IMG/VR virus record: IMGVR_UViG_3300032322_001011
Location: 1-64,000 of that record
DNA: 64,000 nt
DNA from: a virus
Direction: 5' to 3' (one strand)
The notes beneath the pieces are model-generated. The model had not been told where the DNA came from. It worked only from the letters and a program-made list of their open reading frames with translations, and made no database searches. This document shows, in pieces, positions 43,966 to 52,612 of this stretch. The position numbers and the translations under genes are program-made. How positions within the stretch are numbered: the first letter of the stretch is position 1; the number at the start of each line of letters is the position of its first letter.

Positions 43966-44405
43966 TAGGAAGACCACGCAGTCTTTGGTGAGACTACGGT
44001 TGCCCTAAGCCCAATAAGTTTGTAGTGCTCCTGATCTGCAACATATATCTGCGTGATACCACGATTGATGCTGAGGTCATAAGCAAGTTCTTTGATGTCT
44101 TGAAATGAAACCACGTTAGTTGAAATCCCCTTCTTAATTAACCACCTGTCAATCGCATCAGCGACTGGCGGAGGAAGCAGTGTATAAACCTCTGTACCGA
44201 TACCCAACCTGTTTATTGAATCACTAAGAGATTTGATTGGGAGAGTATTTGGTTCCCACATTCTTAGGTACTGATCCCATTTTTCATTTCTCAAAAAGTA
44301 TGCGGCTTTTATCTTTGCGATACCTTCAGGCTCTGAAGCAAGCACACCTTCAAACATTGTTGCTTGCGACTTTTGTGAAAACGATGACAGGTCATTTCGT
44401 TCCAT
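43965..44405 (-). CDS. HAD-fold-like protein (degenerate)
   Basis: MERNDLS...MFEGVLA; between loader and helicase. Confidence 0.5.
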   Translation of the reverse strand: MERNDLSSFSQKSQATMFEGVLASEPEGIAKIKAAYFLRNEKWDQYLRMWEPNTLPIKSLSDSINRLGIGTEVYTLLPPPVADAIDRWLIKKGISTNVVSFQDIKELAYDLSINRGITQIYVADQEHYKLIGLRATVVSPKTAWSS

Positions 44406-45048
44406 ACTGAGTAATTCGGTAATCCTTTCCTTCAAATGGAATCTGCAATGTTGAGTCCTGGAGTATTGAAGATAGCCGTGGACCATAAATTTTAGACAAC
44501 GAAGCAATGCTGTACTCCGATGTAACGATTGTGATCAGTTTCTGCTCGTACCTACTGTTAAACAATGATACAAGAGCACCCTTTGTAAATTCAGTCTTCT
44601 TCTCGCTACCAAGCCCGTCAATAACTACAACGTCATAGACAGCGTTTAAGTACTTTAGCAAGTACTCATCACCGTATTCCATCGGGAGTTCACCATCATT
44701 GCGAATCTCATCGTAAGATGCCTCAACAAACTTCTCAGCAGTAATAAAGAAACCACCAAGTTTGTGCTTCTCCAATAACTCAGATAGCAAACCTGCGGCA
44801 AGATGAGTCTTACCAGTACCAGTGGAACCGCACAGATACAAACCTTCACCGTTCAAACGGTTCTCTTCAAAGTTTCCCATCCATCCACGAATGGCTTTAA
44901 CAACTCCCCAACTACCTACTTCTTCATCGTAGTTGTCTAAAGTTTTTTCAATGTATCGGCGTGGTATGTGTGCGTTATCCACACGTTCTTTTGGTTGTCG
45001 GTTGCGCCAGTACCGAGAACCGTGCCACTCAGTATTCATCGTCATCAA
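44392..45048 (-). CDS. DnaC/IstB-like AAA+ helicase loader
   Basis: IPRRY, GLYLCGSTGTGKTHLA, IDGLGSE, TIVTS. Confidence 0.88.
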   Translation of the reverse strand: MMTMNTEWHGSRYWRNRQPKERVDNAHIPRRYIEKTLDNYDEEVGSWGVVKAIRGWMGNFEENRLNGEGLYLCGSTGTGKTHLAAGLLSELLEKHKLGGFFITAEKFVEASYDEIRNDGELPMEYGDEYLLKYLNAVYDVVVIDGLGSEKKTEFTKGALVSLFNSRYEQKLITIVTSEYSIASLSKIYGPRLSSILQDSTLQIPFEGKDYRITQYGTK

Positions 45049-45271
45049 TCAAAGTCCTTTCAACGCTCTTCTTATTTTCTTTGTAATACTTTTTTACGTA
45101 GTCTTTCATTGCTTGCAAATCAACTTGTGTTTGAACAAGCCAAGTCTCTGCTGATTCCCAATCACGCCACTGAAGAGCGATGTCGTACTCATGTCGTGAT
45201 TCAAGATAATCAACCATGATGTTGATTGCTTTCTTTTCACCCCTCAAGGTACTTCTCCAATCGTGGATCAA
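45029..45271 (-). CDS. hypothetical protein
   Basis: Fills the gap between replication genes; start uncertain. Confidence 0.5.
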   Translation of the reverse strand: MIHDWRSTLRGEKKAINIMVDYLESRHEYDIALQWRDWESAETWLVQTQVDLQAMKDYVKKYYKENKKSVERTLIDDDEY

Positions 45272-45644
45272 ACTTCATCTCTTCAGAAGTGGACTGCACT
45301 GTACTACCTTGAACACGCTTAAACAACTCACCTCGTCTGGCAGCAAACGCTCTCCAAGGTGTCTCTTGTTCTTTTAACGGTGTGCGCTTAATGTCATCAG
45401 CAAACAAATCAATCATCTGATATATCTGATCATGTGTAACTGAATCTGCAATCATGGTGCTAAAGATTTTCATCATGGCTGGTCCGTTAACTGGAGCGTT
45501 TAAAGACATGGACATACCAGTCGTGCGGTCTTGAAGGTACATAACTAACTTTTTGAGGCTTGGACCTTTTTGTGGTTCAACCTTCGGCTTGTCTTCGTCA
45601 GCGCCGATTACCTTGACATCCCAGTCATCGTGTTTCTTTTTCAT
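45237..45644 (-). CDS. replication initiator partner / C-terminal-domain-like protein
   Basis: ATG 45644 overlaps initiator stop (ATGA); PWRAF motif. Confidence 0.55.
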   Translation of the reverse strand: MKKKHDDWDVKVIGADEDKPKVEPQKGPSLKKLVMYLQDRTTGMSMSLNAPVNGPAMMKIFSTMIADSVTHDQIYQMIDLFADDIKRTPLKEQETPWRAFAARRGELFKRVQGSTVQSTSEEMKFDPRLEKYLEG

Positions 45645-46156
45645 TCCGACTCCAAGTTTTTTATCTGGCGCATCCACCTAGGGTCTTGAAGCATAAACGT
45701 AGGAATTTTTCCATCCTTTTTTCTGGCCCCCTCTAGAGAATGATTAGTCTCTATAGATTGGGTGTCACGGGAGTCACCCTCCGAGGGTGTCCCTGGAGTC
45801 ACTAGGGGGGTGACACTGGAGACACTATGGGGGGTGTCCCTGGAGACACCCTCCCTTGATTTAGGGTTGTTGAAATCCACGGTGTACAAGTTGGTTTTAT
45901 TGTTGCCGCCTTTAGCCCTGCGAATGGTCTTTCGTAGTACCCCAGAAGACTCAATGCGCTTCATGGCACGGAGTATTGTTCTCCTGTTTAATCCAGTCTT
46001 TTCAGCCAGATGGTCGTAAGACGTTGTGAACTGTTGAGTCTCATTGTCCATGTATTTCATTGCGTTTATCAATACGCATAAAGCAATTGGATCATTTCCA
46101 ATGTATTCCATGACCCAACTTGGGATCGGGATAAATGTTCCACTAAACTTTGCCAT
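45641..46156 (-). CDS. HTH replication initiator
   Basis: SYDHLAEKTGLNRRTILRAMKRIE..GVL...N.Y wHTH, followed by an iteron-encoded linker. Confidence 0.8.
   Translation of the reverse strand: MAKFSGTFIPIPSWVMEYIGNDPIALCVLINAMKYMDNETQQFTTSYDHLAEKTGLNRRTILRAMKRIESSGVLRKTIRRAKGGNNKTNLYTVDFNNPKSREGVSRDTPHSVSSVTPLVTPGTPSEGDSRDTQSIETNHSLEGARKKDGKIPTFMLQDPRWMRQIKNLESE
45761..45850. repeat. four 18-bp palindromic iterons (probable replication origin)
   Basis: GGTG[TA]C-[AC]C[TG]GGA-G[TA]CAC[CT] at 45761, 45786, 45809, 45833. Confidence 0.85.
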
Positions 46157-46158
46157 AC

Positions 46159-46187
46159 TTGTCTCCTCTTGTTTGTTGTGTTACGCT
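46159..46187 (+). promoter_or_regulatory. plus-strand promoter for antisense small RNA
   Basis: TTGTCT-17-TACGCT with extended TGn. Confidence 0.55.
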
Positions 46188-46193
46188 TTGTTT

Positions 46194-46302
46194 ACGGAAG
46201 GAAACCTTCATCCTTCCTGCCATTCCGCTCCCCTTTCTGGCGGAATTGGCTTTATGGGATTGAGGGCGGTGGGTTTTTCTCTTCTTTGCCCACCGCTCTC
46301 TC
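46194..46302 (+). ncRNA. candidate three-hairpin antisense RNA
   Basis: Stems GGAAGGA/TCCTTCC, GCCATTCCGCT/GGCGGAATTGGC, GAGGGCGGTGGG/CCCACCGCTCTC; G-U pairs only on plus strand. Confidence 0.6.
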
Positions 46303-46875
46303 CTATAACTGTTTGGTTTTGATAGACCCGTCAGAATAGACGGTAATCTGCATTACAGGCTCTACAACGCTCAATACTTTCTCCATGCGTGGGGTAGACA
46401 CCACCTCTGGTTTTGGTGCATCCTGGGGCTTCCTAGGGGCCTCTGGGGTGCTATCTACGGTCAGTGGGGCAAGACCATTGGTCAACTCCAAGCAACTCAG
46501 GTTGCGGTCATGCGCTCCAAAAACTAAACTCTGAGTAAGGTCTGTTGCTTCCTTAGTCTCATCTTCGTCATACAGGACAAGGACTGCTAGTGAATTCTCT
46601 GAACGAGTTTGGGCTTGAAAAAAAGCGTCTTCTACAAGGCTGTCTACCTTGACAATTGAATCGGAAGCCTGACCAACTGCTGGGGGGACTTTTCCAGATT
46701 CTGTATAGACCGTGAACTTTGCACTGTGGTCAATCATCCAGTCAAGGACTCGTGCCTGACCTGCGGTTGGTTTACCTGTCCACAAGATGTGAAACCAACT
46801 TCCTTTAAGGTCACTAAGACCAGATTCAATTACGTTTGCTGATGCGTTACCAGTACCACCGATTAAGTAATCCAT
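46303..46875 (-). CDS. hypothetical protein
   Basis: 190 aa, alpha/beta N-terminus; AAGGA RBS. Confidence 0.65.
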   Translation of the reverse strand: MDYLIGGTGNASANVIESGLSDLKGSWFHILWTGKPTAGQARVLDWMIDHSAKFTVYTESGKVPPAVGQASDSIVKVDSLVEDAFFQAQTRSENSLAVLVLYDEDETKEATDLTQSLVFGAHDRNLSCLELTNGLAPLTVDSTPEAPRKPQDAPKPEVVSTPRMEKVLSVVEPVMQITVYSDGSIKTKQL

Positions 46876-46884
46876 GTTCTTTCC

Positions 46885-47139
46885 TTATTTGATTGAGCGT
46901 TTAAACGACATGTCCCCCATTAGAGTCAGCAAGCGTAGCAGGGTGTGTACCGTTCCTGCAAGTGTCGCTACTGCTAAACCTGCTAACCATCGGTCATCAA
47001 AAGGAACGATAAAGATTGAAGCGTAAGACAAAACTGTTCCTACCAATACCTTGACCCACGGCATTGCTTCCCGTGGAGAAATTGCTTCAAGTATTTGAAC
47101 TGCTTTGTAAACGGCTAATGCACAGATTATGTAGTTCAT
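46885..47139 (-). CDS. small membrane protein (holin-like)
   Basis: Three hydrophobic segments at the end of the tail operon. Confidence 0.55.
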   Translation of the reverse strand: MNYIICALAVYKAVQILEAISPREAMPWVKVLVGTVLSYASIFIVPFDDRWLAGLAVATLAGTVHTLLRLLTLMGDMSFKRSIK

Positions 47140-48764
47140 TCTTTTCCTGGAATCCAATCGTATATAACTTCGTATCCTGTAAGACCTTTAATCAATACTG
47201 TAACTGGAATGAGGGTTGGCAACAACTTGTTAATTGCGTTTTTTGTTTTCTGTTTGTTTGTAGTGTACAAAGAATAAGAAGCGTATTGACTACCACTCCA
47301 AGCGTAGTCAGCAAAGTTGTTTTGATAAATAAACCCACCAAAGTCTGAGTCACCGTTGAAGAATGTTCCATAAGTTTTTGGTTCAACCATCCACTCTGAA
47401 ACTGTCATGGTTTGCCCAGCGTTTAACTTAAACAGCATTACTGGATATGCCATAGCACTAGCGCTATCTGGCATAAGAGTTACACGGCGGCCTGTGGGTG
47501 AAAGGTTCACTGGGATCAAAGAATCAGTTTGTTCGGCTGTGTTCCATGTTGCCCACCCAGCAGATGCTGACCAGTATGAACCGTACACAGATCCATTACC
47601 AGATACTTTCATAGAAGACCAGTAATCTGTTTCTGCATCTACAGGTACGGCTACCATTGAGGTAAGGGCAAATTGTGCTGAAGCACCGCTTGTGTTTGTA
47701 ACTGTGAGAACTTCATTTGATTTGGTGTACGAGCATGATGCAGTAGAAGAACTAAATTCCCATTTTTTAACCCCTGTTTCAATTACAAACAATGAGTCAG
47801 CAACAAGGTTTACCTTTTCGGAGTACACACGGAAGGTGTATCGGGGGTCTGTAGTGTTTTCAACTACATCAACTTGGCAACCACTTAGCGCCGTAATGTA
47901 TTGTGCTGCTGCTTCAATAGTTCCTTTACGTAAACGGTAGTAACCAATGTCTTGGATGATCTGGCGGATACGTGAAGTACCGATTTCTTCTGGTGTTATT
48001 TCCAAACCAAGCATGTTTGTTAGATGAGAAATTGATGTTGATTCATTTAACGAAGGGTCATACCCAGTCATAACTGCATCAATAAGGGTTTGTGTTCTAT
48101 CCATTTCAAAACCAAAAATTGAAATGAACCTACGGAATTGTCCTTGACCTTGGTTGTACGGGTCAATATCTGCCCCAGATGTATCCGAAGAACGAAGATA
48201 CTCAGGAATTCTTTTCCATAACTTGTCAGTTGATCCGTGGTTATAAGGAACTAATTCTTGTAATGTCGCTACACGTTCGTACCAACTAACACCAGTAGGT
48301 CCAGTTCCATTTTGGTTCCAATGCAAGAACAATGAATAGTAAGCCCATCTGCCTTGAGGAAGATCATGGTGTTCCACAGCCCAAACAATGTCGTCATACT
48401 GTTGTGCTTTAATTACGACACCATCAGCGACAGTTTCTGGAGCACCATTTTTTCCGTAGACAACTACAATTTCATATATTCCAGACTCACCAGATCCATT
48501 TTCAGAAGGGTTGTTCATTCCAAATTGTGACCATTCCAAATTAATTGTTGCGTAGTCAACCGCAGTAGCAGTAAAAGTTGCGTTGACAACTAGTTCTCCA
48601 GTTGCTGCAATGAACCCATCAGCACGTAGTGCGTTATCTGATGTATCTCTAGTTAGTCCAGTTGGTGCTGTTGTATCCGTACCACGAAGGTACGAACCAA
48701 ATGGGTTAGAGTCAGGCGCACCAACGGTGTCTTGCCTACGAACACGGAACGAGGTGTATGCCAT
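47136..48764 (-). CDS. baseplate wedge/tail protein (P2 gpI-like domain)
   Basis: LWKRIPEY, F..IFGFE.D, Y..KGT; follows baseplate J. Confidence 0.75.
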   Translation of the reverse strand: MAYTSFRVRRQDTVGAPDSNPFGSYLRGTDTTAPTGLTRDTSDNALRADGFIAATGELVVNATFTATAVDYATINLEWSQFGMNNPSENGSGESGIYEIVVVYGKNGAPETVADGVVIKAQQYDDIVWAVEHHDLPQGRWAYYSLFLHWNQNGTGPTGVSWYERVATLQELVPYNHGSTDKLWKRIPEYLRSSDTSGADIDPYNQGQGQFRRFISIFGFEMDRTQTLIDAVMTGYDPSLNESTSISHLTNMLGLEITPEEIGTSRIRQIIQDIGYYRLRKGTIEAAAQYITALSGCQVDVVENTTDPRYTFRVYSEKVNLVADSLFVIETGVKKWEFSSSTASCSYTKSNEVLTVTNTSGASAQFALTSMVAVPVDAETDYWSSMKVSGNGSVYGSYWSASAGWATWNTAEQTDSLIPVNLSPTGRRVTLMPDSASAMAYPVMLFKLNAGQTMTVSEWMVEPKTYGTFFNGDSDFGGFIYQNNFADYAWSGSQYASYSLYTTNKQKTKNAINKLLPTLIPVTVLIKGLTGYEVIYDWIPGKE

Positions 48765-48765
48765 A

Positions 48766-50577
48766 TTATGCCGTTACAATTCCGCCACTAGATGTAATTA
48801 CCAACGAAGATAACAATAAAAGTGTTCCAGTTGTAGTTGTAACACCTTTAACGCTTGGGCTAATCCCAACAGTGTCAATTGTGTTTGGACTACTTGTTGT
48901 GGTGAATTGATTAATGGTTACGTAATCAACTCCAGATACATCAAGTATTGTCCTATACAAAGTTCCTAAAGTTACCACCTGGTCAAATGAAACATTTGAA
49001 AAAGAGAACAAATCTTTAATTGCGTTTGTTACATCATCTTCAACGCTTTGTTTAACATATGTTGGCATTACGTTTAATGTAATGTCAATATTTACAGGTG
49101 TTAAAGTCACTGTTGGCATAACTACAGAGTTAACACCAATCATTTGACGTGGATTGATGTAGTCATATACTTGCGTACGAGTAAACGCATCTACATAAAG
49201 TGGTGATGTTGTTGGTGATACATCTAGTGTTCCGTCATAAATTGCTTGGTCAGTGAGTGCGTATATTCTAATGTTGTCGTTACGCCATAAAGCAGTAGCA
49301 GAGTTAACTGCAATAGATGCGGTGTTTGAGTACCCATCATCTATTGCATAAGCCAATGTTGTTGCTGATGCCGTAGTTAGTTGGAAAGAACCATCGTATG
49401 GTTCTCCTAACCCAGAAACTCCAATAATATTAGAAACTGTAAGTCCATGTGCTGATGCTGTCTTAAGAATTACATAGTCATTAGTAATTTGTTTAGACGT
49501 AATAAGACCCTGGTAGGAAACACTTGCACTCACAGCAGCAGTTGCTTTTACAACGCTAGGAACACGAAGAGTTAAATCGCTGTAGTCGTTTAAGGACACA
49601 GCACGGTCTTGTGAACGGAACGATGCTGGGATGTTATTTTGAAGTGATGCAATGCTTTCACTATCAGAACCACCAAATGCTTTAGTTGTGTTTGGAGTAA
49701 TTTCAATACCATCATAGGTAGGTCCATAAATGTTGTTAAGTGATTCAAAACCTTGTACAGCGTTTACGTCTACGTTTCCAGCAGCACCACGACTACGCCT
49801 GTACACAATACGAACAAGTGCGTTTGTGGTTGGGATTTTTCCGTGTACTGAGTTACCAAATACAATTGTGGATGAATCATCAGCAGCAAGAGATACAGCA
49901 AATACTAAGTCTGAGTTTGTTGTCTCAATTAAACGATCAACTTTGCTATAAGTTACTTCAGCGCCGTTAGTTCCTTCAGCAATATATACTTCAACCGAAG
50001 AGTCAATTACACCCGTGTATGACAATGTGTATTGTTGTGATACCCGACCATCACTGGTAAATGATTCCTCAAATAACTCACCTTCAGTAAGGTTTAGATT
50101 TACTGGTTCTGTTTTTTGGTATGTTGCATACCCAGATATAGCAGCACCAGTTGAGTTAAATGCAATAGCAGTATCAGATGTAAACACAACATCGTCAGCA
50201 GTATCCAACAGTGGTTTAGCCAAAAACCGTGTGTACTTTGGTATAAGAATGGGGGTAGCGTCTGTGGCCGAAGAATTTGTTGCGTCTAAAACAATGTTTG
50301 TTGCTGCTGCGGTCCTACCTGCTGGTGTGTAGTCCAACAAGTTAGCAATTGCCAAAATACTTTCACGTTGTGTTGCTGTTTCTAAGAACGATTCTTGAGC
50401 AGCACGATCAATATAGTAATGAAGAATGTCTCCCATATAAGCCCAAAGGTCTACAAGTAACATACCGAAGTCAGATGAATCACGGGATGTCCATTCTGGT
50501 AGAACTTGTTCAGCACGTGCCAAAAGGTCAGTTTTAATTGAGAAGTAATCTCGGCTTGTGTAATCAAATGTGGTCAT
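48766..50577 (-). CDS. baseplate J/gp6-like wedge protein
   Basis: DYTSRDY, FGNSVHGKIP, GGSDSES, RAVSLNDY. Confidence 0.9.
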   Translation of the reverse strand: MTTFDYTSRDYFSIKTDLLARAEQVLPEWTSRDSSDFGMLLVDLWAYMGDILHYYIDRAAQESFLETATQRESILAIANLLDYTPAGRTAAATNIVLDATNSSATDATPILIPKYTRFLAKPLLDTADDVVFTSDTAIAFNSTGAAISGYATYQKTEPVNLNLTEGELFEESFTSDGRVSQQYTLSYTGVIDSSVEVYIAEGTNGAEVTYSKVDRLIETTNSDLVFAVSLAADDSSTIVFGNSVHGKIPTTNALVRIVYRRSRGAAGNVDVNAVQGFESLNNIYGPTYDGIEITPNTTKAFGGSDSESIASLQNNIPASFRSQDRAVSLNDYSDLTLRVPSVVKATAAVSASVSYQGLITSKQITNDYVILKTASAHGLTVSNIIGVSGLGEPYDGSFQLTTASATTLAYAIDDGYSNTASIAVNSATALWRNDNIRIYALTDQAIYDGTLDVSPTTSPLYVDAFTRTQVYDYINPRQMIGVNSVVMPTVTLTPVNIDITLNVMPTYVKQSVEDDVTNAIKDLFSFSNVSFDQVVTLGTLYRTILDVSGVDYVTINQFTTTSSPNTIDTVGISPSVKGVTTTTGTLLLLSSLVITSSGGIVTA

Positions 50578-50984
50578 AATGGGCTTTCCTCAGTCAATGA
50601 AAGGGGGGATACAAGGTCTATTTGGATACTTCGCACCCCACCAATTGGCAATTTATACTGTACATCAATAAGCATTGTGTTCTCGTTTGAGCCATTACGC
50701 TCAGAGTACCCACCAGGGATCATACGCATATCAAGTATTGCTGCCCCAGAAATATGCTTTTGTAATTCTCGTAATGTCTCCATTTTAAATTCAGAAAATA
50801 TCATTGAATCAAAGTTTTCATATACAAGCATTTGGCTGTTAGCACCATAAGCAGATGACATAGGCCGTTCATACGTGTTTGTCAATATATAGTTTGCTAC
50901 CTTTTGTGAGGTAACAGACGATGCCTCAGTAACTACTGCAACTTTTCCAGAGGGTGCTATTGAAAATGGTTCTTTAATAATCAT
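50574..50984 (-). CDS. gp25-like baseplate wedge protein
   Basis: LTNTYERPM...YG. Confidence 0.8.
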   Translation of the reverse strand: MIIKEPFSIAPSGKVAVVTEASSVTSQKVANYILTNTYERPMSSAYGANSQMLVYENFDSMIFSEFKMETLRELQKHISGAAILDMRMIPGGYSERNGSNENTMLIDVQYKLPIGGVRSIQIDLVSPLSLTEESPL

Positions 50985-50986
50985 AA

Positions 50987-51214
50987 CTATCCTGTCGGTT
51001 TTATATTAATAATAAATACGTTTGTAAAGTGTTCGTCATCTGCGCCAACTACAACTTGGTTACCAACTGCTGGGACATCCCAAGGTGCTGACCTACCGTA
51101 ATACGAGATTGGAACAGTTACATCTGGTCCAAACTTTGAAGGTATACGGACTTTTATTTCTCCAGTACTTGCATTTGAATACGCAACTACAGCACGGTAC
51201 AAATTAGTAGACAT
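50987..51214 (-). CDS. short baseplate spike (gpV OB-fold)
   Basis: YRAVV...G.IKVRIP...VP.VG.QVVV. Confidence 0.75.
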   Translation of the reverse strand: MSTNLYRAVVAYSNASTGEIKVRIPSKFGPDVTVPISYYGRSAPWDVPAVGNQVVVGADDEHFTNVFIINIKPTG

Positions 51215-52367
51215 AAGAAAATTCCTTTTGGGTTATCCATGTGTTATTAACCAATCGTGACCCTGGATGTTTTTTATACGTTCTTCCAGAACCAAGGGTC
51301 ATAGAAGCAGCGTTAGTTGAATCTGTTTTTATATGTAAATGTGTTAAGTAATGATCAGTATTTATTACATGCCTTACTTCTTCTACAAACCAGTAACCAT
51401 CAAATTCCGATTGGTATTTATTAACAATAACAAGTGACCCAGGGAATACTGTAGAAATACCCAGTGCAGTAACATCAGCATGTAGAGGCACGGATTGTTT
51501 TATGTATCCGTCTGCGTATTGTCGCAACGCTTCTTTAGATACAGCGTTCATGGTTACCTCTTGAGTAAACCTACGGTTTACTTTTTTACCTAAACCACTT
51601 CCAACATTGTTTTTAGTTGAATACTCAACATTCTTTCCTTTTGCATCTAATGTTTTTATAACATAGTTATGGCTAGAACCGTGTGGTGTAACATCACCAA
51701 ATGTTCCTTTAAACTCCAAAATGTTTCCTGGGTTCCGTTCTGAACCTTTGTCTGCTTCTAATGAATTTAAAATAGTGACTGGCAAGGAACGATAATACGA
51801 AGAAAAGGGGTCGTATACAGATATATGTGTATCAGTAACTGTGACGTAATAACCAAGTTGCTTTGCTGTACTTACAAGAACTTCCCAATCTGATTTAGAA
51901 GATTGATCTATTGATGGAATTACAAAGTTATTGTTTGGTACTGAGTAAGAAAAGTTATATCGGTTGGCAATAGTTTTAACTAACTTAGGCAAAGTAATAT
52001 CTTTATAAACAATAGACCTAGTTGGCTTCATGTTATAACTAACACCAAAGCAAACCACTTTTGCTTCTTGAATGCGTGAGTCGTTTACAAGGCCCATACG
52101 TGTATATGAGTTAGCCTCAACGTAGGCAACATACCCATGAAACTCTTTAATGTTTGCTTCGTTATTTCCAAACTTAATGTATACAGGTAATCCTGAGTAC
52201 GCAGTTACAGCCTGTGGAGGAAACCCTGAATAAGTTAAGGTAGCCATATCGTGTTTGTTTTCAGAGAAAACAATTTCTGTAGAAACAACGTCAGCAACTG
52301 GTACTGTTCCGCCAACCACTTCAATCTCAATGATTGGGGCATCTTTATACGCATCCCTTCTAATCAT
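51204..52367 (-). CDS. baseplate hub (gpD/VgrG-like)
   Basis: F.GYV, Q...SDWE.L...AK.LGY, DGYW.VEEVRH. Confidence 0.8.
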   Translation of the reverse strand: MIRRDAYKDAPIIEIEVVGGTVPVADVVSTEIVFSENKHDMATLTYSGFPPQAVTAYSGLPVYIKFGNNEANIKEFHGYVAYVEANSYTRMGLVNDSRIQEAKVVCFGVSYNMKPTRSIVYKDITLPKLVKTIANRYNFSYSVPNNNFVIPSIDQSSKSDWEVLVSTAKQLGYYVTVTDTHISVYDPFSSYYRSLPVTILNSLEADKGSERNPGNILEFKGTFGDVTPHGSSHNYVIKTLDAKGKNVEYSTKNNVGSGLGKKVNRRFTQEVTMNAVSKEALRQYADGYIKQSVPLHADVTALGISTVFPGSLVIVNKYQSEFDGYWFVEEVRHVINTDHYLTHLHIKTDSTNAASMTLGSGRTYKKHPGSRLVNNTWITQKEFSYVY

Positions 52368-52612
52368 TGCGGAATACGGATAACCATCCCTGGTTCTAAA
52401 TCTAAAGGAAATTGTACTTGTGGATTAAGGTCTGCGATTCTCCACCACAATGATGAATCACCATAGATTTCTGCTGCAATAGATTCAATTGTGTCTCTCA
52501 TTCTTACTGTGTACTTCTGAACATAGACATCACGGACTTCTTTACGTTCAGCAGTACGCAATCCATTTAAGTTGACATCTGCGTAGGTATAACGAGAAAG
52601 AACTGTAATCAT
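52364..52612 (-). CDS. LysM/tail X baseplate protein
   Basis: YTV...DTIESIA..IYGD..LWWRIADLNP. Confidence 0.85.
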   Translation of the reverse strand: MITVLSRYTYADVNLNGLRTAERKEVRDVYVQKYTVRMRDTIESIAAEIYGDSSLWWRIADLNPQVQFPLDLEPGMVIRIPQ

